The notes under the pieces were generated by a model. The model was given only the letters and a program-made list of their open reading frames with translations, did no database searches and was not told the origin of the DNA. From IMG/VR virus record IMGVR_UViG_3300042260_000190, positions 1 to 27,962 of that record: 27,962 bases of DNA, one strand, 5' to 3'. Positions 1 through 7,249 of this stretch are shown here, one piece after another. Position 1 is the stretch's first letter. Each line of letters opens with the position of its first letter. Position numbers and translations under genes: made by a program. The DNA is from a virus (taxonomy: Duplodnaviria; Caudoviricetes).

Positions 1-1
1 T

Positions 2-148
2 CTTGAGACCGAGATCAGAGAGTACTGCGAGCGCATAGGGCGCGAGATGTACCGCGAACTGCAACAACACTACGAGGAAATTTCGAGCGAGGAATCGTTT
101 GAAGCGTACTGCGAATGGAACGATGTGACCTTCGAGGTCGAGGAGTAA
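2..148 (+). CDS. Acidic hypothetical phage protein, C-terminal fragment (5' truncated by window)
   Basis: Read by hand: open frame LETEIREYCERIGREMYRELQQHYEEISSEESFEAYCEWNDVTFEVEE, TAA at 146-148; its end contains AGGAG, the likely RBS of the ORF at 152. Confidence 0.7.
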   Translation, partial: LETEIREYCERIGREMYRELQQHYEEISSEESFEAYCEWNDVTFEVEE

Positions 149-151
149 GCA

Positions 152-409
152 ATGAAATTTTCAGTAAAGATCAACGGCGTCAACTTTCTGCTGGACGCAA
201 ACAAGGTGGCGATGCTTGTACAAATGCTCGATGGCGCTGAGTACCTGCATGAGAAGTGGGTCGGCACGGGCAAGGGCTCGCACGGCTCCGATAAAAACTA
301 CGACCTGCTCATCGAGCAGGCTGACCCCGCCGCACTGGTGCAATTAACTGCGGTGAGCGACGACTACCTCGCCACCCTGCGCCTTGTGAAGAAGCTTAAC
401 CAAGAGTGA
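152..409 (+). CDS. Hypothetical protein (85 aa)
   Basis: ATG preceded by AGGAG at 141-145; co-directional with neighbours. Confidence 0.75.
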   Translation: MKFSVKINGVNFLLDANKVAMLVQMLDGAEYLHEKWVGTGKGSHGSDKNYDLLIEQADPAALVQLTAVSDDYLATLRLVKKLNQE

Positions 410-410
410 A

Positions 411-428
411 ACTTTTAACCTTAAAACT
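411..428. promoter_or_regulatory. Palindromic putative operator, copy 1 (ACTTTTAA-CC-TTAAAACT)
   Basis: Intergenic inverted repeat just before the RBS (GGAG 431-434) of the gene at 441; 17/18 identical to the reverse complement of copy 2. Confidence 0.6.
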
Positions 429-440
429 TTGGAGAATGAC

Positions 441-1391
441 ATGAGTAACATTGTTGCGGGCGTTGCCCGCTCATCCATGATGGTTGACCTGCACATCGCT
501 GTGTACACAGGTCGCAAGCAAGATAAATCCACACAAGCCGAGGTCGTGGCTAACAAGGGCGCAAACTCTAAGCGAGCCGCCTCCGTGTACAAGTCACTGT
601 TCGCCGAGTGCAAAGAGCTCGACGAGCTGGTCAAGTTCCAAGCGCGTGTGCGTGCTGAGCACTACCGACTGACGCTACCGTGGAACGACCAAGGCGCCCG
701 CCTGCTCCCGACCAAGACCCTGCTGGACTACCAGTCAGCAATGAACCGCTACCGTGTGGAGTTTGACCGACTGGTGGGTGCGTTCCTCGACAAGTACGAC
801 ACGCTCGTGGCCGCCGCCGCTTTCCAGCTTGGCACGCTGTTTGATCGCAGTGAGTACCCAAGCCGTGGCCGTGTAGAGCAACGCTTTCGCTTTGAGGTGA
901 CGTTCACTCCGTTGCCCGTTGCAGGTGACTTCCGCCTTGACATCGAGAGCGAAGTACAACGCGACCTGATCGCACAGTACGAGAGCAAGCTAAATGCCAA
1001 GCTGATGCAGGCTAACCAAGATTCGTGGACACGCCTGTACGAATCACTCAAGCGATTGTCCGACCGATTGGTGGTTGAGGAGGACGGCACGAAGCGTCGC
1101 TTTCACGACACGATGGTCACCGGTGCGCTTGAATTGTGTGAGCTGTTGACCCAGATGAACATCACGAATGACCCTGAGCTTGAGTCAGCACGCCGTCAGT
1201 TGGAGGGCGTATTGTCCGGCGTAACACCCGAAGAACTTCGTAAGGAAGACGGCACACGCATCCTTACCAAACAGAAAGTTGACCAGATTCTCAGTTCGTT
1301 TGATTGGGGAGTAGAAGATGAGCAAAGTGAAGACACGAATGATAGTGAGCCCCTCGGACATACGCAGGACTTACTCCGAGCACTGGGGTGA
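441..1391 (+). CDS. Conserved helical phage protein (possibly DUF3150-like)
   Basis: Long ORF; ATG 441 after GGAG preferred over the track's TTG 429; motifs YTGRKQD, TLPWNDQGARLLP, NITNDPELE resemble a common phage family (recalled, not searched). Confidence 0.7.
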   Translation: MSNIVAGVARSSMMVDLHIAVYTGRKQDKSTQAEVVANKGANSKRAASVYKSLFAECKELDELVKFQARVRAEHYRLTLPWNDQGARLLPTKTLLDYQSAMNRYRVEFDRLVGAFLDKYDTLVAAAAFQLGTLFDRSEYPSRGRVEQRFRFEVTFTPLPVAGDFRLDIESEVQRDLIAQYESKLNAKLMQANQDSWTRLYESLKRLSDRLVVEEDGTKRRFHDTMVTGALELCELLTQMNITNDPELESARRQLEGVLSGVTPEELRKEDGTRILTKQKVDQILSSFDWGVEDEQSEDTNDSEPLGHTQDLLRALG

Positions 1392-1749
1392 TGGGCAGTT
1401 CTTCGGGGAGGTTACCTTAGATAACGAAGACCCCTCGTGGAAGATCAACGACGCCATGCGAATGGTGTACACCAGAAAGAAACACGAATTGAACGAAGCA
1501 ACACCTGACGAACACGAGTTCCGCTACGAAGAACGCTCTGGCGAGTTTCGCTTGCGCTGTTGGAGTAACGGCACTGAGCACACGGTGACTGGGCTGATCG
1601 ACAGTTCACCTGCATGGCTACAAGCGATTGTGGCTACATCACGAGTTGGTGGGCACATGAAGTACACCAATGAACCGCCACCCGATTGCATCGTGTGGTT
1701 TGTAACTGACGCAGACCACAACCTTCTGCGATTCTTGGAGCTAGTATGA
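1318..1749 (+). CDS. Hypothetical protein (143 aa)
   Basis: ORF overlapping the upstream gene by 74 nt; ends in an ATGA overlap with the next gene; start uncertain. Confidence 0.65.
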   Translation: MSKVKTRMIVSPSDIRRTYSEHWGDGQFFGEVTLDNEDPSWKINDAMRMVYTRKKHELNEATPDEHEFRYEERSGEFRLRCWSNGTEHTVTGLIDSSPAWLQAIVATSRVGGHMKYTNEPPPDCIVWFVTDADHNLLRFLELV

Positions 1750-2237
1750 ACTACGACAATTTGACTGACGAAGAACTTTTGCGCGAAGCAGACGGGCAAT
1801 CCGGTATCGTGCGTGCGCTTAGCGAGCGCTTGGAGCTTCGGCTCCAGCCTCAATCGGTGTTCCACGACCAAGCTGCTTTCATGCGTGCGTGTGGGCAGAC
1901 AACCACGGTGCACAACCCCGAGCAAGCGGCGCTGTACCGCAAGCTGATGGACGAGGAGGACGATGAGTTCCGCGTTGCTACGAACGACGTAGATGAGTTC
2001 GATGCCATCTTGGACAAGCTCGTGGTCACGGTGGGCTACGGCCTCTCGCGTGGCTGGCCTATGGTGGAGGGGTGGAACGAAGTCATGCGTTCAAACTTCG
2101 CCAAGGTAGACCCGAAGACCGGCAAGGTCGTGCGTCGTGATGACGGCAAGATTCTCAAGCCCGCAGGGTGGACTAAGCCCGACCTTGAGCGCGTGCTTTC
2201 TGAGCACGATCCATTGTTTAGCACTGAAAACTTTTAA
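1746..2237 (+). CDS. MazG-like all-alpha NTP pyrophosphohydrolase (PRA-PH / DR2231-like)
   Basis: Acidic helices LMDEEDDEF and EFDAILD, plus C-terminal EVMRSNFAK...RRDDGKILKPAGWTKPDL signature. Confidence 0.85.
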   Translation: MNYDNLTDEELLREADGQSGIVRALSERLELRLQPQSVFHDQAAFMRACGQTTTVHNPEQAALYRKLMDEEDDEFRVATNDVDEFDAILDKLVVTVGYGLSRGWPMVEGWNEVMRSNFAKVDPKTGKVVRRDDGKILKPAGWTKPDLERVLSEHDPLFSTENF

Positions 2238-2247
2238 GGTTAAAAGT
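2230..2247. promoter_or_regulatory. Palindromic putative operator, copy 2 (ACTTTTAA-GG-TTAAAAGT)
   Basis: Perfect 8 bp arms with 2 nt spacer; overlaps the upstream stop codon and abuts ATG 2248. Confidence 0.65.
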
Positions 2248-2880
2248 ATGGGAACCCTTCAAGACCAACTGAAAAATTTGATCCACTCATGGGATAACGA
2301 ACCCCAACCGGAGACTACTATGACGCCTTCTGCGCCTTCTGCGCCTTCTGAAACTTCTGCGCCTTCTGAAACTTCTGCACCCGCAAAAGTCAACGCCTCG
2401 CGCACCATTTTTGAAGCCATTCGGGATGGTGCCCCACTCACTCGCGCCGAACAAGCACACGTTGCCGCTAAACGTTTCGGCATTGCGTTGCCAACTGCGA
2501 TTGCTACGGTTTCGTCGTTGCTCCGCGCCAAGCTCGTAGGGATTGAGGACGGGTACTTGTACGCTATCGCCAAAGAGTACGACCCCAAGGCTATGACAGC
2601 GGCTACAAACGCGGTGCGTACCGCTCGCAAACAGGCTGAAGCCGCCGCTAAAGCTAAGTCTTATGAGATGCGCACCGCCAAGCGACTGCAAACGCTCGCG
2701 GCTAAGAAAGCTGTTGTGGCGCCCGTTGCGCCGGAGGCACCGGTTGCGCCAGTCGTGCCGGTCGTTCCTCGCACGCAGATCATTCGCAACACGCCCGTTG
2801 ACGAAATTTTGAGTACGATGAGCATCGTGCAAGCGCGTGCTTTGTACGACAAACTCAAGCTCATTTTTGGGGCGCAGTAA
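2248..2880 (+). CDS. Hypothetical Ala/Lys/Pro-rich protein, possible winged-helix DNA-binding core
   Basis: ORF with ATG at 2248 (alternative in-frame ATG 2320 with GGAG at 2310); segment SRTIFEAIRD...LTRAE...VSSLLRAKLV is wHTH-like. Confidence 0.65.
   Translation: MGTLQDQLKNLIHSWDNEPQPETTMTPSAPSAPSETSAPSETSAPAKVNASRTIFEAIRDGAPLTRAEQAHVAAKRFGIALPTAIATVSSLLRAKLVGIEDGYLYAIAKEYDPKAMTAATNAVRTARKQAEAAAKAKSYEMRTAKRLQTLAAKKAVVAPVAPEAPVAPVVPVVPRTQIIRNTPVDEILSTMSIVQARALYDKLKLIFGAQ
2326..2379 (+). repeat. In-frame 9 bp tandem repeat, 6 units (consensus CCTTCTGCG), encoding PSA/PSE/TSA
   Basis: ccttctgcg ccttctgcg ccttctgaa acttctgcg ccttctgaa acttctgca read directly. Confidence 0.9.
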
Positions 2881-2887
2881 GCGCAAA

Positions 2888-2903
2888 CGCTATGACCTAC
2901 GGA
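2888..2903 (+). repeat. 16 bp direct repeat, left copy (CGCTATGACCTACGGA)
   Basis: Identical to 3222-3237; the two copies flank the Rap1a-like gene. Confidence 0.9.
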
Positions 2904-2911
2904 GTCCGCAC

Positions 2912-3229
2912 ATGAAAAAAACGATCATTGTTGCGCTGCTTGCTTGCACATCCGCACACGCAGAGTTCCGCACCGGCAACAAGCTGCTTGATGATCTTAA
3001 CGGCAGCACGTTCACGCAAGGTCTGGCGCTTGGCTACATCATGGGTGTGGTTGATACAAGCGCTGGCACCAACCACTGCCCACCGTCCACGCTGACTGGT
3101 GGACAGGCTCAGGATATGGTGAAGAACTTCTTGGTCAATACACCTGCCATCCGGCATATGCCTGCGCCGACCATCATTGAGTATCTGTTTAACCAGACAT
3201 GGCCGTGCAAGAAAGGCTCATCGCTATGA
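2912..3229 (+). CDS. Rap1a/Tai-family immunity-like periplasmic protein
   Basis: Signal peptide MKKTIIVALLACTSAHA; motifs TGNKLL, GYIMGVVD, CPP, RH.PA and terminal WPC typical of Rap1a; ATG 2912 after GGAG 2901. Confidence 0.8.
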   Translation: MKKTIIVALLACTSAHAEFRTGNKLLDDLNGSTFTQGLALGYIMGVVDTSAGTNHCPPSTLTGGQAQDMVKNFLVNTPAIRHMPAPTIIEYLFNQTWPCKKGSSL

Positions 3230-3237
3230 CCTACGGA
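3222..3237 (+). repeat. 16 bp direct repeat, right copy (CGCTATGACCTACGGA)
   Basis: Identical to 2888-2903; contains the Rap1a-like stop and the start of the next gene. Confidence 0.9.
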
Positions 3238-3408
3238 ATCTACAACACGCTCATGAACATCGTCGGTATCGCCTGCATCGCCATCCTTGTTGCGTTCGTT
3301 TTCGTGAGGCTCATAGCGATCTTGCTTGCCTTCACAACGAATACTGAGTGCACAGGAGACTGCGACCAAGGCCGACATTGCGCATGTGAGGAGAAGAAAA
3401 ATGGGTGA
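3226..3408 (+). CDS. Small membrane protein with C-terminal Cys cluster
   Basis: ATGA overlap; hydrophobic segment followed by CTGDCDQGRHCAC. Confidence 0.7.
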   Translation: MTYGIYNTLMNIVGIACIAILVAFVFVRLIAILLAFTTNTECTGDCDQGRHCACEEKKNG

Positions 3409-3595
3409 TATGGGGGACTTGTTCAACGAGTACAAGGCTTACAAGAAAGAGCGTAGGCAACGCCTTGGTATGCCATGCCCTGATTGCACTGTGCGCCTAC
3501 CAAAAGCGCAGCCAAAAATTCTCATGCCAAACCAGAAATGTTGGTGTGGGTATCGTGACAACAGACCGCGAGAAAAAGATGACCGTCCCGTATAA
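3401..3595 (+). CDS. Small putative zinc-binding protein
   Basis: ATG 3401 after GAGGAG; CPDC...CWC motifs. Confidence 0.7.
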   Translation: MGDMGDLFNEYKAYKKERRQRLGMPCPDCTVRLPKAQPKILMPNQKCWCGYRDNRPREKDDRPV

Positions 3596-3773
3596 CGACG
3601 ACACCAGAGAGACCTATGTGCAACGCATGAAGGATAGCCACCTTGAGCTTGCGCGTAAGTTCAGCGACCTCCCATCATGCACGCGATCAATGTACCTCCA
3701 GTTGTTCTACTGGGCAATGGCTGAGGACGTTTACGGCGAGCACTGGGACAAACTTGAAAGGAGAAACAAATGA
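3579..3773 (+). CDS. Hypothetical protein (64 aa)
   Basis: ATG 3579 (MTVPYNDD...), ends in an ATGA overlap. Confidence 0.65.
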   Translation: MTVPYNDDTRETYVQRMKDSHLELARKFSDLPSCTRSMYLQLFYWAMAEDVYGEHWDKLERRNK

Positions 3774-4105
3774 GCAAGCACACACCGGGGCCGTGGATTG
3801 TTGTCGAGCGCAAGCATCCGTACAAAGACGGCAGCAAGGCGCACATCGAGAGAAACATCTACACGGAATGGAAGCACCCTCAACTCAAAGGCAACTACCC
3901 GGTTGTCTGCACAAGTGTTGGCATTGGCATGGATGGCGAACTGCCAATTCATTTTGCGCGCATAAACGAAGAAGACGCCCGCCTGATCGCCGCCGCGCCT
4001 ACTCTGCTGGAGGCTTGCAGAAGGGCTTTGTATGCACTCAAAGGCAGAGAGCACGAACAATTCTTGCGTGATGCCATTGTCGAAGCAACAGGAGAAAGCA
4101 AATGA
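3770..4105 (+). CDS. Conserved phage protein with HTPGPW / ARLIAAAP-LLEA motifs
   Basis: Strong RBS AAGGAG; MSKHTPGPW start and DARLIAAAPTLLEA are recurring phage small-protein motifs. Confidence 0.8.
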   Translation: MSKHTPGPWIVVERKHPYKDGSKAHIERNIYTEWKHPQLKGNYPVVCTSVGIGMDGELPIHFARINEEDARLIAAAPTLLEACRRALYALKGREHEQFLRDAIVEATGESK

Positions 4106-4377
4106 CTGACTTATCGCCACGTAGTGGCTTAGAGAAAGCCGCACGCATGGCGCTGGCGCTGGAGCATGGAAGTGTTTGCATTGGAACGAAAGACGGACAA
4201 GGTGTTTTCGTTTCCGCTGCAACGCTTGGTCAACTCGGCTTGCGGGAGTGCAAAGAGCGTCTTGGGCTAACTAAACGCTGGCCCGTCCGAACAGACCTAA
4301 GCGGAAATGTTGTCATGGTTGAAGGTGCAACCCATGAGGATGCAATTAACCGTTATCTAAACAGGATTGAGAAATGA
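4102..4377 (+). CDS. Hypothetical protein sharing its N-terminus with the next gene
   Basis: RBS AGGAG, ATGA overlaps at both ends; MTDL-SPRSGL-EKAAR versus MTDLEKAAR. Confidence 0.75.
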   Translation: MTDLSPRSGLEKAARMALALEHGSVCIGTKDGQGVFVSAATLGQLGLRECKERLGLTKRWPVRTDLSGNVVMVEGATHEDAINRYLNRIEK

Positions 4378-4757
4378 CTGACTTAGAGAAAGCCGCAAGG
4401 CAGGCGCTGGAGTTTATTGACGCAAATGCAGACGGCGCAGATGAACGTGACATTGCCACCGCCCTGCGAGAAGCACTGGCAGAGCAGCCAGCACAGCAGG
4501 AGCCTGTGGCGTGGATGGAAATGGTTGTCGCAAACCTTGTGCGCGAAGGAGTCAACAAGCACAGAGCCAGAGAACTTGCCGAGCATTTCATCAAGCACAC
4601 ATCCCCACCACCACAGCGCACATGGGTGGGGCTGACGGATGAGGAGATTGACAGCCTTCGAGAAGCAAACTCTACAGGGAGAGGAGCAGGCTGGAGATTT
4701 AACTTCAAAGGGTTTGCCCATGCCATCGAAGCCAAACTCAAGGAGAAGAACACATGA
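4374..4757 (+). CDS. Modular small phage protein (QEPVAW / WVGLTDEEI / AIEAKLKEKNT motifs)
   Basis: ATGA overlaps; motif string recurrent in phage accessory genes. Confidence 0.8.
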   Translation: MTDLEKAARQALEFIDANADGADERDIATALREALAEQPAQQEPVAWMEMVVANLVREGVNKHRARELAEHFIKHTSPPPQRTWVGLTDEEIDSLREANSTGRGAGWRFNFKGFAHAIEAKLKEKNT

Positions 4758-4918
4758 ACACGATTTTGATTGTTTGGGCGATCGTGGCTGGTGACAGAAT
4801 CGTAACCTACAGAGATTGGAAACCGCTCGGGGAATTCTCCAGCGTAGCCGCTTGTCATGAGGCGGCTCGCCAACTTGGGTATATCAACAACGACAAATAT
4901 AGGTGCCTGACAAAATGA
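4754..4918 (+). CDS. Small protein (54 aa, absent from the ORF track), hydrophobic N-terminus and two Cys
   Basis: Hand translation MNTILIVWAIVAGDRIVTYRDWKPLGEFSSVAACHEAARQLGYINNDKYRCLTK; RBS AAGGAG; ATGA overlap at both ends. Confidence 0.8.
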   Translation: MNTILIVWAIVAGDRIVTYRDWKPLGEFSSVAACHEAARQLGYINNDKYRCLTK

Positions 4919-5151
4919 ACGTAGTCATTTACACAAAATTCGGCTGTGCTAACTGCACAACAGCAAAGAACCTACTGGCAAGCAAAGGCATTGGGTTTAT
5001 CGAGATGCACCAAGACACAGACGAGTTTGAGTTTGAGAAGATGCTCAAGGCGCACCCAACTGTGCGTCAACTGCCTCAGATTTTCATCAACAATCAGCGT
5101 GTCGGTGGATTGGCTGGACTGCAAGCGGCATTGAAGGAGTTGGGGTTATGA
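4915..5151 (+). CDS. Glutaredoxin
   Basis: IYTK..CANC active site, RQLPQIFIN cis-Pro motif, VGG; ATG 4915 in ATGA overlap. Confidence 0.9.
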   Translation: MNVVIYTKFGCANCTTAKNLLASKGIGFIEMHQDTDEFEFEKMLKAHPTVRQLPQIFINNQRVGGLAGLQAALKELGL

Positions 5152-5486
5152 GAGATGTTTTTGAAATGGCAAAAGAAGCGGGGTTCATGCAACACCTTGG
5201 CGTCATCTGCATACCAAATCACTTGGCCCTTGAGCGCTTTGCCGAGCTTGTCCGTGCTGACGAGCGCAGGGCCATGATGCAGCTATTTACAGACCCTGAG
5301 AACCAGCCTACTCAGCACGACACGGTGACTGTTGAGTACATGAAGCGTGAGATAGCTGACGAGCGTGAGGAGTGTGCAAAGGTGTGTGATGGTCTTGCGG
5401 ATATGCACGCGAAGATGAATCAGTGGGGGTCACACAAAACCGCCGACACTTTGGCGCAAGCCATTCGAGCAAGGAGCAACACATGA
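5148..5486 (+). CDS. Modular small phage protein (ERFAELVRADER...ECAKVC...AIRAR), paralog A
   Basis: RBS AAGGAG, ATGA overlaps; similarity to the next gene. Confidence 0.8.
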   Translation: MRDVFEMAKEAGFMQHLGVICIPNHLALERFAELVRADERRAMMQLFTDPENQPTQHDTVTVEYMKREIADEREECAKVCDGLADMHAKMNQWGSHKTADTLAQAIRARSNT

Positions 5487-5680
5487 AAACAGTGATTGAG
5501 ATGGCGCGTGAAGTAATTGGCGATTACTCAAAGCAAGATTACTGGCCTTTCTTTGTGGAGGAAATTGAACGCTTTGCCGAGATGGTTCGTGCCCAAGAGA
5601 ACGAAGCCTGTGCCCTGATCGCAGACGAAGCAGAGCCGTACAACGCAGCGGACTTGATCCGCAAGAGGGTCAAGCAATGA
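5483..5680 (+). CDS. Modular small phage protein, paralog B (ERFAEMVRAQENEACA...LIRKR)
   Basis: ATG 5483 after AAGGAG; 24/28 nt identity between 5230-5257 and 5565-5592. Confidence 0.8.
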   Translation: MKTVIEMAREVIGDYSKQDYWPFFVEEIERFAEMVRAQENEACALIADEAEPYNAADLIRKRVKQ

Positions 5681-5901
5681 GCAAACTGAAATCACTGACA
5701 TTCGATGAGTACAAAGTAGCGGCCAAGGCCACACTGAACGAGGCCATTGACGAGGAGCCTGATGCAGTCATTGTGCTGATGTTCCACCGTGGCAGTGGGC
5801 AATTCAAAATCAAATGCTCCAAGATCGAGAACCGACTTGAACTTGTCGGCGCATTGGAAGAAGCAAAGAACCATGTATTGGTAACGGGGTACGCATCATG
5901 A
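5677..5901 (+). CDS. Hypothetical protein (74 aa)
   Basis: ATGA overlaps at both ends, GAGG upstream. Confidence 0.75.
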   Translation: MSKLKSLTFDEYKVAAKATLNEAIDEEPDAVIVLMFHRGSGQFKIKCSKIENRLELVGALEEAKNHVLVTGYAS

Positions 5902-6164
5902 AGCCCGTAGCGTGGATAAAGATACGCGAGTTGTCGTACATGAAAGCCGTAGCAGAGTACGGCAAAGAAGACTGGCAAACCAATCTTGGGCTAAAGCCCG
6001 AACCCGATGACGAGGGCTTGTACACAGAAACGCAGGTGCAACGGATGATTGAGTTACTGCGCCGCGCTGAAACCGAGATGCGGTATGCCGGATGGACGAA
6101 GTTCGAGGCAGACAACCCTGCCCGCAACGGCGTGTATGAACAGATCAAGGAGTTCTTGAAATGA
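5898..6164 (+). CDS. Hypothetical protein with PVAW...LYT module
   Basis: ATGA overlaps; starts MKPVAW, like the EPVAW module of 4374-4757. Confidence 0.75.
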   Translation: MKPVAWIKIRELSYMKAVAEYGKEDWQTNLGLKPEPDDEGLYTETQVQRMIELLRRAETEMRYAGWTKFEADNPARNGVYEQIKEFLK

Positions 6165-6334
6165 CAGCAGCCGATCTACAAGACATAAACAGATTCCTGA
6201 TGGACTTGCACTTCATTCAGGCAAATGCGCTTGTTGCAGCACAACTACAAGACGACAAGCAGGCGATAGCGTACATGAAGCGCATCGCACAGGTACGAGA
6301 GACCATCAAACAACAACTGAAGGAAACAACATGA
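6161..6334 (+). CDS. Small helical protein (57 aa, absent from the ORF track)
   Basis: Hand translation MTAADLQDINRFLMDLHFIQANALVAAQLQDDKQAIAYMKRIAQVRETIKQQLKETT; RBS AAGGAG; ATGA overlaps at both ends. Confidence 0.8.
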   Translation: MTAADLQDINRFLMDLHFIQANALVAAQLQDDKQAIAYMKRIAQVRETIKQQLKETT

Positions 6335-6567
6335 ACGCAGAGAAACTGAACTACTACACAATGGCCAACCGTGTGTTGGGGTTTGCTGATGGGTTGCGTA
6401 GCAGCGACGAGATCGCTGTACGTAATGGAAATAGACCGCGCCACGAAGCCTCGATCCACATGCTTGAGAAGTGTGCGTCCATGATGGGTAAAGTGTGGAA
6501 CGAGTACGCCACTGAAAACGGATACGATGATCTACTGTTCATACTAGAAACAAAGCAACCAAAATGA
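6331..6567 (+). CDS. Hypothetical protein (78 aa)
   Basis: RBS AAGGA, ATGA overlaps. Confidence 0.75.
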   Translation: MNAEKLNYYTMANRVLGFADGLRSSDEIAVRNGNRPRHEASIHMLEKCASMMGKVWNEYATENGYDDLLFILETKQPK

Positions 6568-6965
6568 CTACCAAGAGAAACACAACACGGCTCGACCCCA
6601 CCGGTCGGCGTAGCGTCGTCACAAAGCGTGGCGGCAAGATCAACGCACTGACGTATGCAAAGCTGATGCAACTGCTGATGCAAGGCACACGCTCATGTCA
6701 AGAACTTGCACGGGACACAGGCCTGCACATCCTGACGGTGTACGATTACACGTACTACCTGCACAAAGCCAACGTCATCCACATCTGTATGTGGGAGGGT
6801 GTAGGCAGAAACCAAACGCGCATCTACATGGTGGGTGACAAGGCAGACGTACCCCGTCCGTCAAAGTCGCGTAAGCAAATCAGTGAAGACTACCGCTCCC
6901 GCAAGGCGGCGAAGCAGTTGTTGTTTCGCATCGCCGGGGGCATAGCAGAAGGAGAGACAGCTTGA
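6564..6965 (+). CDS. Putative winged helix-turn-helix protein
   Basis: LLMQGTRSCQELARDTGLHILTVYDY HTH pattern; basic termini. Confidence 0.7.
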   Translation: MTTKRNTTRLDPTGRRSVVTKRGGKINALTYAKLMQLLMQGTRSCQELARDTGLHILTVYDYTYYLHKANVIHICMWEGVGRNQTRIYMVGDKADVPRPSKSRKQISEDYRSRKAAKQLLFRIAGGIAEGETA

Positions 6966-7249
6966 CCTGTAACTGCAACCAACACTCCCCATTCCTGTGG
7001 CACAAACACAAGCGCGACAGCATCTTCATGGGCAACCCCCACTTCCGCCCACGAGGTGACACCGGCAAGACGACTGCGCAGATTCAGTCTGACCAGATCG
7101 AGAAGCGCCGCGCCAAGGGCGAGGAGCCGGGGTTCCTTAAAGGTGTCTCACGCAAGCGTGAGGAGGAGATGCTCCAGTACCGTGTGTTCGGCGTGTACTC
7201 TCGCGCCGTGTCACCCATCAAACCCTACAAGAACAAGCATGAGAAATGA
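6962..7249 (+). CDS. Hypothetical basic protein (TTG start)
   Basis: RBS AAGGAG then TTG in a TTGA overlap; CNC..HSPFLW N-terminus. Confidence 0.65.
   Translation: MTCNCNQHSPFLWHKHKRDSIFMGNPHFRPRGDTGKTTAQIQSDQIEKRRAKGEEPGFLKGVSRKREEEMLQYRVFGVYSRAVSPIKPYKNKHEK

Noticed and set aside
2888-5365. Direct repeats considered as a CRISPR array, integron attC sites or a DGR template/variable repeat pair
   Set aside because: Each repeat occurs only twice and the pairs differ from each other; no regular spacers, no attC-like long imperfect palindromes, no adenine-specific mismatch pattern, and no reverse transcriptase or integrase in the window
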